Shown here piece after piece: positions 28,363-37,727 of a stretch of 64,000 nt of DNA (the first letter of the stretch is position 1; each line of letters begins with the position of its first letter). The stretch is from Steroidobacteraceae bacterium (GTDB lineage Bacteria; Pseudomonadota; Gammaproteobacteria; Steroidobacterales; Steroidobacteraceae): NCBI GenBank assembly GCA_035552975.1, contig DATNEN010000137.1, forward strand, positions 159 through 64,158, read 5' to 3'. Under the pieces are notes generated by a model. It ran no database searches, was not told the DNA's origin, and saw only the letters and a program-made list of their open reading frames with translations. The translations under genes were made by a program, and so were the position numbers.

Positions 28363-29016
28363 CTATCTTAGTGGCGGGGCGCGGCGGCGGCTAGGCACCC
28401 CCAGGAAACAGGTCCGGGAGTGATCGTTGACCACGCCCACCGCCTGTAAGAAAGCGTAGACGATGGTGGTGCCCACGAAACGAAATCCCCGTTTCTTCAG
28501 ATCCTTCGAGATCCGATCGCTCAGGGGAGTGCTGGCCGGAACGCTTCCCCCGTCAGCCTTGACGACGGGTCGGCCGCCGACGAAATCCCACAGGTAACGG
28601 TCGAACGAGCCGCACTCGCGCTGCACCTCCAGGAACGCCCGGGCGTTGCCGACCGCCGACTCGATCTTGAGTCGGTTACGCACGATCCCCTCATCCCGCA
28701 TCAGGGCCGCCCGGCGACGCGCGTCGAAGCGGGCGACCTTACGAGGATCGAATTGCGCGAACGCGCGGCGGTAGTTGGCCCGTTTGCGCAGGATGGTCGA
28801 CCACGACAGTCCTGCCTGCGCGCCCTCCAGGATGAGCATCTCGAACAGATGGACGTCATCGTGGGAGGGCCGCCCCCATTCCTCGTCGTGATAGCGGATG
28901 TAGGCGGTGTCGCCGTTTTGCGCCCAGCCACAGCGCTTCTTGCGGTCGCCCCGCAGCGCCAACCCGGGCTCCCCACCCCGAGCGCTCTTTTTAACGTGGG
29001 TCGGATGGTCGGTCAT
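28363..29016 (-). CDS. tag: DNA-3-methyladenine glycosylase I
   Basis: RCGWAQNGD…YHDEEWG…LFEMLILEGAQAGLSWSTIL…IVRNRLKI is the Tag signature. Confidence 0.85.
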   Translation of the reverse strand: MTDHPTHVKKSARGGEPGLALRGDRKKRCGWAQNGDTAYIRYHDEEWGRPSHDDVHLFEMLILEGAQAGLSWSTILRKRANYRRAFAQFDPRKVARFDARRRAALMRDEGIVRNRLKIESAVGNARAFLEVQRECGSFDRYLWDFVGGRPVVKADGGSVPASTPLSDRISKDLKKRGFRFVGTTIVYAFLQAVGVVNDHSRTCFLGVPSRRRAPPLR

Positions 29017-29069
29017 GGTTGGCCGGAGGGTATACTGCCGAGCCTGCTCCGGTCACCCCCGAAGGGCGA

Positions 29070-30434
29070 ATGTCGCAGTCCGAACTGTCCCGCAACCTCA
29101 AGAGCCGGCACATCCAGCTCATCGCACTGGGCGGCACGATCGGCGTTGGGCTGTTCCTGGGCTCGGCCAAGGCGATCCAGAAGGCGGGTCCGGGGCTGCT
29201 GCTGGTGTACGCCGTCGCCGGCGTCGTCATCTTCTTCATCATGCGGGCGCTGGGGGAGCTGTTGACCTACCGCCCGACCGCGGGCTCCTTTGCCACCTAC
29301 GCCGATGAGTTCTGCGGACCCTTCTATGGGTTCGTGACGGGCTGGTCGTACTGGTTCATGTGGATCGTGACCGTCATGGCGGAGTTGACCGCCATCGGCG
29401 TGTACATGCAGCACTGGTTTCCCGACATTCCGCAGTGGGTGCCCGCCCTCGTGGCGCTCGTGCTCCTCTACGGATCGAACCTGCTGGCGGTGCGCGTATT
29501 CGGGGAACTGGAGTTCTGGTTCGCGCTCATCAAGATCATTACTATCGTCGCACTGATCGTCGGCGGCCTCGCCGTCATCTTCTTCCACTTCGGCAGCCTC
29601 GGCTCGACGGCCGGCTTCTCCAATCTCTGGACTCACCAGGGCTTCATGCCCTTCGGCACCCTGGGGCTGCTGCTGACGTTGCAGATGGTGATGTTTGCCT
29701 ACCAGGGCGTGGAGCTGATCGGCGTGACCGCCGGCGAGGCCGACAATCCGGGCGTCGCGCTGCCGAGGGCCACCAACGGCATCACTTACCGGATCCTGAT
29801 CTTCTACATCGGGGCGCTGCTGGTGATCATGTCGCTCGTGCCCTGGAACCAGCTCAGCCCGGATGCCAGCCCGTTCGTCTACCTGTTCGACAAGATCGGT
29901 CTGCCGGCGGCCGCCGGCATCATCAACATCGTGGTCATCACAGCGGCCACTTCCTCGTGCAACAGCGGGATTTTCAGCACCGGCAGAATGTTGTATTCGC
30001 TGGCGCAGCGGCGGCAGGCACCCGCGAAGCTGGGGGTGCTGAACGCGAAACGCGTGCCCGCGGCCGGCATCCATGTCTCGGCCGCGGTGATGCTCATCGG
30101 CGTCGCGCTCAACTACTTCGTACCCAAGCAGGCATTCGACTATGTGACGAGTATCTCCCTGGTCGGAACGCTGTGGACGTGGGGCATCATCATGGTCTCG
30201 CACGACAGGTATCGTCGCGCGGTGGGCGCTGGCAAAGTGAAGGCTTCGACGTTCCGGATGCCGGGTGCGCCGATCGCCAACTGGCTGGTGCTCGCCTTCC
30301 TGGTGCTGGTCGCCGTCATGCTCGGATTCGACGCCGACAATCGCGTGGCGCTGTACGTGGCGCCGTTCTGGTTCGGCGGCCTGGCCCTTGCGTACCGCTA
30401 CCGCAAGTCCGTGGCAGTGGCGCAGGCGGCCTAG
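29070..30434 (+). CDS. APC-family amino acid permease (AroP/CycA/ProY-like)
   Basis: MSQSELSRNLKSRHIQLIALGGTIGVGLFLGSAKAIQKAGPG… aligns closely with E. coli AroP-type permeases and has 12 TM segments. ATG 29070 is preferred over the upstream start at 29019. Confidence 0.85.
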   Translation: MSQSELSRNLKSRHIQLIALGGTIGVGLFLGSAKAIQKAGPGLLLVYAVAGVVIFFIMRALGELLTYRPTAGSFATYADEFCGPFYGFVTGWSYWFMWIVTVMAELTAIGVYMQHWFPDIPQWVPALVALVLLYGSNLLAVRVFGELEFWFALIKIITIVALIVGGLAVIFFHFGSLGSTAGFSNLWTHQGFMPFGTLGLLLTLQMVMFAYQGVELIGVTAGEADNPGVALPRATNGITYRILIFYIGALLVIMSLVPWNQLSPDASPFVYLFDKIGLPAAAGIINIVVITAATSSCNSGIFSTGRMLYSLAQRRQAPAKLGVLNAKRVPAAGIHVSAAVMLIGVALNYFVPKQAFDYVTSISLVGTLWTWGIIMVSHDRYRRAVGAGKVKASTFRMPGAPIANWLVLAFLVLVAVMLGFDADNRVALYVAPFWFGGLALAYRYRKSVAVAQAA

Positions 30435-30438
30435 AGCT

Positions 30439-30514
30439 GGCGCGCCCGGAGGGATTCAAACCCCCGACCCTCGGTTCCGAAGACCGATGCTCTATTCGCT
30501 GAGCTACGGGCGCA
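30439..30514 (-). tRNA. tRNA-Arg (anticodon UCG)
   Basis: The reverse complement GCGCCCGTAGCTCAGCGAATAGAGCATCGGTCTTCGGAACCGAGGGTCGGGGGTTTGAATCCCTCCGGGCGCGCCA folds as a cloverleaf. It has a 7-bp acceptor stem, GCTC/GAGC D stem, TCGGT/ACCGA anticodon stem and CTTCGGA loop, with an encoded CCA. Confidence 0.85.
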
Positions 30515-30542
30515 TAGGGCTATTCTATAGGATCGTCATGCC

Positions 30543-32330
30543 ATGAGCGCTCTGCAAAAAATCCTCGCCATCGTGTTGCTCGTGCTCCTGGCCGTCGTGG
30601 GCTATGGATTGTGGGCGACACCCTCCGCCCCGAGGGCGCATCGATCTGCTTCCCGGGCGGCCGCCGCCGCGGCGACGACCGACGTCGACGAGACGGACCT
30701 GATGACGGCAAAGGCATTGGCCGAGCAGGCCACCTCCGCTGAGGAGCGCACGGCCGCCCAGGCGGTCGTGCAGGCGGCCGATCATGAGGTCGATGTCGCG
30801 TTTGCCGCGGCGCTGCGCCGGATCGAGAACCATCCGCCGGTGTTGAGTGCGGCCGCGCAGAAGATCGATGCGCGGCTGACAGGCCTGCAGAAACAGCTGG
30901 ATGCGGACAAAGCGAGCGTGACCCGCCTGACGGCGGAGGTGGCGAGAGCGCCGGACTCGCAGCGCGGCACGCTGCAGGACCAGCTCAACCTCGCGCAGTC
31001 GCAGCTCGAGCTGGACCAGGATGAAGTCGACGATGACAACCAGAATCTGGTCGCGGCGGGCGGCAACGCGCACCAGCGCATCGAGGCGATGCTGAAACAG
31101 CACGCCGCGATGGATGACAAGGCGGCGCCGCTGCCCGCCGGCAAGGACGTGTTGGCGAGCCTGCACGGCCTGGCGCTGCGTCTGCGCCACTATTTCGAGT
31201 TGCGCGATCGGCAGGGCTCGCTGGCAGAAGCGCAGGCGCGAGTCGCCGCCAGCCTGCAGCCGCTGAGCGTCGACCGCCAGGCGCTCGCGACCCAAGTGGA
31301 GGCCGCCAGGAACGGAGTCGCGCAGCACGCGGATGCGGCGGGCCTGCTGGATGCGACGCGCCGGACCGCCGGCGATCAGAAGGTGCTCACGTTGCTGGAT
31401 CAGCGGATTGCCATCCGCAAAGACATCGTCGACGGTTACGGCAAATGGCAGGGCGTGCTCGCTACGCGCATGACCCGGACACTGCATGCCTCGCTGATCG
31501 ACATGGCCGTGGTGCTCGGCATCGTGCTCGGACTGCTGTTCCTGGATCGCTGGCTCGAGAGGTTGTTCGGCCGCACGAAGCTCGATCGCCGGCAGATCGC
31601 CACGCTGCGCACTGTCACGCGAGTCGCGCTGCAGCTCGTGGCCATCATCGCGATTGCGCTCGCGCTGGTGGGCGTGCCGGGCCAGATCGGCACTTTCCTC
31701 GGTATCGTCGGCGCCGGTCTCACCGTCGCCCTGAAGGACTTCATCGTCGGCTTCATCGGCTGGCTGGTGCTCATGGGCAAGAACGGCATGCGGCTCGGGG
31801 ACTGGGTGGAGATCAACGGCGTCAGCGGCGAGGTAGTGGACCTGGGCATGTTCCACACGGTGCTGCTGGAGACTGGCAACTGGACCGAGGCCGGACATCC
31901 GACCGGGCGGCGGGTGACCTTCGCCAACAGCTTCGCGATCCAGGGCCACTATTTCAACTTCTCCACCTCCGGTCAGTGGTTGTGGGACGAGGTGCTCGTG
32001 TTGGTTCCCTACGATCGCGATCCGCACGCGGTTGCCGATGCGATTCTCAAGGAAGTTCTCGCGGTGACAGGAGACACGTCCCGCGAGGCTGAGCGCGAGT
32101 GGCAGCGTGCGTCTCGCTCGCAGCGTGAGACCACGTTTTCCGCGGCCCCCGGAATCGTCATCCGGCCGGCCGCGGGCGGCGTAGAGGTGGCTGTGCGCTA
32201 CGTGACGCGCGCCAGCGAGCGATTCAAGCTGCGCACGCGTCTGTATCAGACGGCCGTCCACATGCTGTCCGCACGCGGGGTGGCCGCTGGAGCGGCTCCC
32301 GAGCGTCTCCAGATGACGACGCAGACTTGA
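30543..32330 (+). CDS. Mechanosensitive ion channel family protein (MscS-like with a long coiled-coil N-terminal region)
   Basis: 595 aa. N-terminal TM and a helical Q/A/L-rich region, then several TM segments and the MscS beta-domain motif (GDWVEINGVSGEVVDLGMFHTVL). Confidence 0.8.
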   Translation: MSALQKILAIVLLVLLAVVGYGLWATPSAPRAHRSASRAAAAAATTDVDETDLMTAKALAEQATSAEERTAAQAVVQAADHEVDVAFAAALRRIENHPPVLSAAAQKIDARLTGLQKQLDADKASVTRLTAEVARAPDSQRGTLQDQLNLAQSQLELDQDEVDDDNQNLVAAGGNAHQRIEAMLKQHAAMDDKAAPLPAGKDVLASLHGLALRLRHYFELRDRQGSLAEAQARVAASLQPLSVDRQALATQVEAARNGVAQHADAAGLLDATRRTAGDQKVLTLLDQRIAIRKDIVDGYGKWQGVLATRMTRTLHASLIDMAVVLGIVLGLLFLDRWLERLFGRTKLDRRQIATLRTVTRVALQLVAIIAIALALVGVPGQIGTFLGIVGAGLTVALKDFIVGFIGWLVLMGKNGMRLGDWVEINGVSGEVVDLGMFHTVLLETGNWTEAGHPTGRRVTFANSFAIQGHYFNFSTSGQWLWDEVLVLVPYDRDPHAVADAILKEVLAVTGDTSREAEREWQRASRSQRETTFSAAPGIVIRPAAGGVEVAVRYVTRASERFKLRTRLYQTAVHMLSARGVAAGAAPERLQMTTQT

Positions 32331-32333
32331 GTC

Positions 32334-32356
32334 GCCGCTCTGTCCACCTGAGCGGC
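32334..32356 (+). terminator. Stem-loop immediately after the mscS-family stop codon
   Basis: GCCGCTC-TGTCCACCT-GAGCGGC (7-bp stem) starts 4 nt after the stop. No U-tract follows, so function is inferred. Confidence 0.25.
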
Positions 32357-32523
32357 AGCGCACAGACGCGGTGCGCACCCCGGATGTAAACAACCGTCCC
32401 TGTAGAGCGTTATACACCCTGAAGGCTCAGCAGCTTAGCGCGCGCTGAGCGTGCCCAAGGGGTGTTCAGCACGCATTCAGCGCTTACCGAGCAGCCTGTA
32501 TCCGCGTATTGAAGGGGACTCAC

Positions 32524-33726
32524 ATGCTCAATCGCCTCGTTCGCAGTTTCGCTCCGGCCCTCGTGCTCGCCGCGCTTCCGGTGGCGTCCTTTGCGGGCGT
32601 AGCGATCGGCGTGTCGATCGACATCGCCCCGCCGCCACTGCCGGTCTACGTGCAGCCGGCCCCTCCCGGCCCCGACTACATCTGGACGCCCGGATACTGG
32701 GCGTGGGGTGATGACGATTATTACTGGGTGCCCGGAACCTGGATACTCGCACCCGAGCCGGGCTTTCTGTGGACCCCCGGTTATTGGGGCTGGTTCGGCG
32801 GAGCCTATACCTGGCACGCCGGCTACTGGGGTCCGCATATCGGCTTCTACGGCGGCGTGAACTACGGGTTCGGCTACACCGGTGTTGGCTACGAGGGTGC
32901 TTACTGGCGCGGCGGCCATGTGGTGTACAACCGCGCAGTCACTAACGTCACCAACATCAATGTGACCAACGTCTACAACAGGACCGTAGTGGTCAACAAC
33001 TTCAGCCACGTGAGCTTCAACGGCGGCCACGGCGGAATCGTTGCCCACGCCGACGCTCGGCAGCTGGCGGCAGAGCACGAGCGTCACTTCGAGCCGACTT
33101 CCATACAGCGGGAGCATGTCAACCTCGCTGCTCGCGACCGTGATCTTCGGGCTGCGGTGAACAACGGCCGTCCGCGTGTCGCCGCGACGGAGAGACCTAC
33201 CTCGTTCAGTGGCCGCGGCGTGATCGCCGCTCGTGCCGCGGGCGGGGAATTCCATCCGGCCGCGGCTCGCGAGGTCGGACGTCCTTCCGGAGCGATCGCC
33301 GAGAGGAACGACCGTCCGCCGCAGGCCCAGCGCGAAGCGATGCAGCAGCATGGCTCGGCGATGCACAACAACTTCGAGCGCACGGCGCCGCAGGAGCACA
33401 ACACGCCGCACATGGCCCCGGCGGAGCACAACGCCCCGCACACGGCCCCCGAGCGCAATGCTCCGCGCATGGCTCCCGAGCAGCGCAGCGCCGCCCCGCA
33501 CATGGCTCCCGAGCGCAGCGCCCCCCGCATGGCCCAGCCGCACATGGCACCGGCGGAGCGTCCGCAGGCCCATCTGGCGGAGCCCGGCGCGGGCGGCCGC
33601 CCGGGGGGCGGCCAGCCGCACTTCGAGCAGCCGCGTGCTCAGCCTCACGAGGGTCCGCGCGGGGGTGGCGGCGGGCGCCCCGAGGGACATGAGGGAGGCC
33701 GCGGCCCACAGAACCGTTTCCGCTAG
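32524..33726 (+). CDS. Secreted YXWGXW-repeat protein with a His/Pro/Met-rich repetitive C-terminus
   Basis: ATG 32524 follows GGGGA. Signal peptide, then repeated YIWTPGYWAW / YYWVPGTW / FLWTPGYWGW / YTWHAGYWG units. The C-terminal ~9-aa repeats include EHNTPHMAP, AEHNAPHTAP, ERNAPRMAP and ERSAPRMAQ. Confidence 0.7.
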   Translation: MLNRLVRSFAPALVLAALPVASFAGVAIGVSIDIAPPPLPVYVQPAPPGPDYIWTPGYWAWGDDDYYWVPGTWILAPEPGFLWTPGYWGWFGGAYTWHAGYWGPHIGFYGGVNYGFGYTGVGYEGAYWRGGHVVYNRAVTNVTNINVTNVYNRTVVVNNFSHVSFNGGHGGIVAHADARQLAAEHERHFEPTSIQREHVNLAARDRDLRAAVNNGRPRVAATERPTSFSGRGVIAARAAGGEFHPAAAREVGRPSGAIAERNDRPPQAQREAMQQHGSAMHNNFERTAPQEHNTPHMAPAEHNAPHTAPERNAPRMAPEQRSAAPHMAPERSAPRMAQPHMAPAERPQAHLAEPGAGGRPGGGQPHFEQPRAQPHEGPRGGGGGRPEGHEGGRGPQNRFR

Positions 33727-33796
33727 CCAGGGCTATCGGCAAGGGCTTGGGACGGGATCCCAAGTCGACGCGCCCCCTCAGCGGGGGCGCGGTCGA

Positions 33797-35578
33797 TTAT
33801 GAAGGAGGCGGCCCCAGCAACGCGTAGCGGCGTCCCTGTGGCAACTCGAAGCGCCGGACGATCGATGCCGTGCCCTCGGTGGCGAGAGTGCCCGCGACGC
33901 CGTCACCCGGCGGTGGGATCGTGTGGAAGCGGCTCAGAAATCGGGTGACGCCTCCCGGAGCGTGGCCGGGCAGCAGCACGAGCACGCGCGAGCGCTTGCC
34001 GTGGAGGCGGAACCAGCCCGACACGACATGCGCCGCATCGCTGCCAGTCGTGTCCAGTACCGACGACGGTGTCCTCAGGCGATAGTCGAGCATTGCAATC
34101 GTCGTCTCGTCCGGATCCAACAGCGCGAGCGGCTCGTCGCGGGTCTCGTAGTGGATGTTATCGGCCAGCTGCGTGAGATTCTGCCATTGGTCGACCGCCG
34201 GGAAGGCGGCGATTCCGGCGATGCACAGGGCTCCCGCATACGCGCCGAAAGTGCAGACGACTGCGCCGCGTACGTTGCTCAGACGCTGAGCACGTGAGGC
34301 AAAGCGCAGCGCGACGGCCGCAACGATGATCGTAGCCGCCGCCGCCGCGATCCGGATCCCCTCCTCGAGATGATCGATCGGCTGGTAGTTCAGCCGGTCT
34401 GCCAAGGCTAGCAACGACAGGAAGGCCGCGAACACACACGCGATGGCGGCAACCAACGCCCTTGTCCCGCGCAACGCGAATCTATCCAGGGCCGTGAGCT
34501 TGTTCTGACTCTCGCGCGCCCACAGGGCAATCAGGAGACTCATCCCCAGCATCGCAGGGGCTGCGTAGACATCCCGGGCCGTTGCAGCGAGCGACAGAAT
34601 CACGAGGAACGGAAGTGTCGCCGCGATAGCAAACCGCCACGGCGTCCCGGAAGGACCCGTGATGCGCACGCCGCGCCATGCTCGCTCGAGTGCAGCCACG
34701 GCCAGCAGCGTCCACGGAAGCAAGTACACCGGCAGCTCCAGGAAGTACTTTCCGGGCCAGTTGTGGTGGCCGCTGGTGTAATCGAGCGCGGCGGGGCCCG
34801 GGATCCTGGTGAAGCGGCCGACGATGTTGTGCCAGAACAGCGTGCTGAGCGCCTCGTGCCCTCCTGGGGAGACGGCGACGGCGTACATCCACGGGCCGAT
34901 GATCAACGCCTGAACTACCAGTCCGGCGTAAAGCTCGATCCGCAGCAGCTCCGACCATTTCCTCTCCCACGCGATGAGCGTGAGCAACGCCAGCGCGGGT
35001 ACGAGCCAACCGGGGGCGCTCTTCGCCATGAATCCGATCGCTGCGCCCAGGTGCATCAACGTGTATCCGCCGAGCTTCCTTCGCCCGGGTGCTGATGTGT
35101 ACCCCCTGTACGCTCCTGCCAGAGCGAGCGCGCAGCCTGCGAGCAGACACGCGTCCGGGGCGAGCCATACAGACACACGGAACGCCATCAGGAGGGTGCC
35201 GACCAACAGGGCGCTGAGGAAGGCGGCGCCTGCGTCGGTCATCGCGGCTGCGGTCGCACCGACTGACAGGGCAGTTACGGTGGCATACACGATGTTAGGA
35301 GCGCGAGGCTGCCCGAAAGCGCGGATGCCGGATGCCGACAGCCAGTACGACAGAGGCGGCTTCTCCAGGAAGGGCTTGCCGGCGAGTTGCGGCAGGAGAC
35401 GGTCGGTCTGTTGGCTCATGCGCCAGGCGATGTCCGCCTCGCGCGGCTCATCCGGTGTCCACAGGCCGCGGTCGAGGATCCCGATCAGCCACAACGGCGC
35501 GAGTGCGATCAGCACCGCGAGAGGCCACGAGCGGACTCGCCATGCAACCGGTGGGACAGAAGATCTCATACGTGTCAC
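33797..35578 (-). CDS. Polytopic glycosyltransferase, family 39/83 (ArnT/PMT-like)
   Basis: 593 aa with more than 10 TM segments. The N-terminal loop LWTPDEPREADIAWRM and EKPPLSYWL is typical of ArnT/PMT_2 enzymes. Confidence 0.75.
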   Translation of the reverse strand: MTRMRSSVPPVAWRVRSWPLAVLIALAPLWLIGILDRGLWTPDEPREADIAWRMSQQTDRLLPQLAGKPFLEKPPLSYWLSASGIRAFGQPRAPNIVYATVTALSVGATAAAMTDAGAAFLSALLVGTLLMAFRVSVWLAPDACLLAGCALALAGAYRGYTSAPGRRKLGGYTLMHLGAAIGFMAKSAPGWLVPALALLTLIAWERKWSELLRIELYAGLVVQALIIGPWMYAVAVSPGGHEALSTLFWHNIVGRFTRIPGPAALDYTSGHHNWPGKYFLELPVYLLPWTLLAVAALERAWRGVRITGPSGTPWRFAIAATLPFLVILSLAATARDVYAAPAMLGMSLLIALWARESQNKLTALDRFALRGTRALVAAIACVFAAFLSLLALADRLNYQPIDHLEEGIRIAAAAATIIVAAVALRFASRAQRLSNVRGAVVCTFGAYAGALCIAGIAAFPAVDQWQNLTQLADNIHYETRDEPLALLDPDETTIAMLDYRLRTPSSVLDTTGSDAAHVVSGWFRLHGKRSRVLVLLPGHAPGGVTRFLSRFHTIPPPGDGVAGTLATEGTASIVRRFELPQGRRYALLGPPPS

Positions 35579-35732
35579 TGATTATCGCGCGGCGCGAGGA
35601 CTTTGGTCCGGTTCCTCCATCGGACCGGAAAACGATAGTATCCCGCCGCTGCAGAAAGGCCCGTACAGTGGGTGCGGATCGCCGTTCAGGCGTGGGCGAT
35701 GAGTGCGGCTCTGCCACAGTTCGTTGGTCTCA

Positions 35733-36908
35733 ATGATTCACGACGTCACCGACTCCGATCTCGAGCCCGTGCGTGGTTTCCTCGAAGCGCATCTGGACTC
35801 GTCGCTGTTCCTGCTGTCGAACCTGGCCGTGTTTGGGCCGCGCAGCGGCGAGCATCGGAATTCCGGAACCTATCGCTGTGCCGTGCAGGAGGGCCGCATC
35901 GTCGCCGTCTTCAGCCTGACACGAGGGGGCAACCTGCTCGTGCAGGCGGCCGGGCGCGCCGATCTGGCGGAGGCGATCGTCGAGGCCTGCGAGGCCGACC
36001 CGATGGAGGTGACGGGAGTGATCGGCGACTGGCTGACCGCGCAGGCAGTGTGGCGGCTGGTTTGCGCAGACACGCGGCTGGAGCCGATTCAGACCGAGAA
36101 AGACAGGCTGTTCAGCCTGTCGCTCACGGACCCCGCGGCCTCGATCGTTCCCGAGGGCTCGGTGCGTGCCCTCAATGCGGGCGATTTCGGGCAATGGGAG
36201 CCGCTGAACAGCTCCTATCTGGCCGAGCTGAGTCATCCAACGCAGCTCTCCGCCCTGCAGCGACAGGACGAATTCGAATCGGGCATCCGCGCCCACCGTT
36301 GGTGGGGCGCCTTCGACGGCGAGCGGCTCGCGGCCATCGCGGGACTCAACGCCGAGTACGGCCGCATCGGACAGATCGGGGGTGTCTACTCGCGGCCCGA
36401 AGATCGGCGCAAGGGGTTCGCCCGTGCCGCCATGCGTGCGCTGATGACGGATGTCCGACATCGCTTCGAGCGGCTCGTGCTGTTCACGGCCGACGACAAC
36501 GTTGGCGCGCAGCGCCTGTACGAGTCCCTGGGATTCCAGTCGGGCGGCTCGTTCGGCATCTTCCTGGGCGTTCGCAAGGCCCACGCGCGCACCGACCAGC
36601 GCTGCAAATGGGCGGGTCAGTCGGGTGAGATCTACACGTACGAGATTCACGAGTGGCCCACGAGACTCAGCGCCGGGCCCGGCAACTATATCTTCGCGAG
36701 CAGCGGGAGCGAGGGTGGATGGCGGCCGATCGTGGTCGGAGAGTGCGCAGACCTGTCCGAGCTGCAACCACACCTGCGGGGACGACATGAGGCGACGCAT
36801 GTGCACGTCCGGCCGAATTTCAATCCGGCCGCCGTGCGGCGCCGGGAGGCCGCGGATCTCGCCGAGCGCTGGACGCCCGGTCGCGACGCCAGCACCTACA
36901 GCGAGTAG
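35733..36908 (+). CDS. GNAT-family N-acetyltransferase with an N-terminal accessory domain and an extra ~100-aa C-terminal domain (degenerate GIY-YIG-like)
   Basis: GNAT core (IGGVYSRPEDRRKGFARAAMRAL…, AQRLYESLGF). The C-terminal domain (from ~36603) reads WAGQSGEIYTYEIHEW…PGNYIFA…WRPIVVGECADLSE…ATHVHV. The start is uncertain (GTG 35703, TTG 35724 or ATG 35733). Confidence 0.6.
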   Translation: MIHDVTDSDLEPVRGFLEAHLDSSLFLLSNLAVFGPRSGEHRNSGTYRCAVQEGRIVAVFSLTRGGNLLVQAAGRADLAEAIVEACEADPMEVTGVIGDWLTAQAVWRLVCADTRLEPIQTEKDRLFSLSLTDPAASIVPEGSVRALNAGDFGQWEPLNSSYLAELSHPTQLSALQRQDEFESGIRAHRWWGAFDGERLAAIAGLNAEYGRIGQIGGVYSRPEDRRKGFARAAMRALMTDVRHRFERLVLFTADDNVGAQRLYESLGFQSGGSFGIFLGVRKAHARTDQRCKWAGQSGEIYTYEIHEWPTRLSAGPGNYIFASSGSEGGWRPIVVGECADLSELQPHLRGRHEATHVHVRPNFNPAAVRRREAADLAERWTPGRDASTYSE

Positions 36909-37654
36909 CGCACGACCATGCGGGCGACCCGCGATTGTTGGGCTGCCCAGAGCGAGAAGCCCTGGCATACCTGCTTCATGCCCGGGCCGTCGGGCTTCTC
37001 GAGCGGCTGCGCTGCGAAGCGGGCCTGGTTGGCTTCCTGTCCGGGCATCAGCCGGTGCGTGCTCCAGGGCTCATCGGACTCCGTCGCCCGCGCAAACAGT
37101 TGGATCTCGCTCACCGTAGCCTTGTCCGGAATGGTCGCGCACAGAGTCACGGTGTTGGCGTCGGCTTCCGAGCAGGGAGTGGTGGGCGGGGGCGCTGCAT
37201 CGGCAGACACTCCGGGAGGAGTCGTGCTGCCGGGAGGATTCACGACGAGCGCCGGGCGGCAGGGCGATACGCTCGCCATGACGACCACGCCGTCAGCGCC
37301 GATCTTGCGCAACACCTCCGTCTCGATCTCCGCCCGGGCGCCGGCCTGTGTCAGCTGCAGCTGATTGGCGGTGCGGCTGATCTGATCGACCTGTGCGCGC
37401 AGGTCGTGCTCGAGAATGGCCTGTTCCTGACGCTCGGTGTCCGTCAGCCAGCGCGACAGCGCGAATCCACCGACGGCCGCGGCTATCAGCATGACGAACA
37501 GGATGGTCATCGGCGCACGGCTCTTGCGCTTGCCGCCCACGCCCTGGCCGCGTGCGGCGGCGAGCTCTTTGCCCACGGAAAGCCGCAGCTGCACCAGCGA
37601 AGTGAGGATCGTCGCTGCAGCGGCAATGAGGGCGGCAAGGACGGCGTCGGACAT
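36896..37654 (-). CDS. Hypothetical membrane protein (two N-terminal TM segments, coiled coil, Cys-containing C-terminal domain)
   Basis: 252-aa ORF with good GC3 bias and no family recognised. Convergent 13-nt overlap with the GNAT gene. Confidence 0.5.
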   Translation of the reverse strand: MSDAVLAALIAAAATILTSLVQLRLSVGKELAAARGQGVGGKRKSRAPMTILFVMLIAAAVGGFALSRWLTDTERQEQAILEHDLRAQVDQISRTANQLQLTQAGARAEIETEVLRKIGADGVVVMASVSPCRPALVVNPPGSTTPPGVSADAAPPPTTPCSEADANTVTLCATIPDKATVSEIQLFARATESDEPWSTHRLMPGQEANQARFAAQPLEKPDGPGMKQVCQGFSLWAAQQSRVARMVVRYSL

Positions 37655-37727
37655 CCTGCAACGCTAGCATGGTGCCTCACATCTCGACCGGGACCCCATC
37701 ACGTGGGTCGCGATTCTGCGAAGGTCA

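Noticed and set aside
30435-30542. tRNA-Arg as a genomic-island integration site
   Set aside because: The tRNA is flanked within 5 and 28 nt by ordinary genes (an amino-acid permease and an MscS-family channel). There is no integrase, no direct repeat of the tRNA 3' end, and no compositional break visible.
33797-37654. Candidate accessory or defence island (GT39, GNAT with odd tail, unknown membrane protein)
   Set aside because: There are no nuclease, helicase, ATPase or toxin-antitoxin hallmarks and no mobility genes. Codon usage looks like the rest of the window. Only the GNAT C-terminal module is kept as a low-confidence finding.
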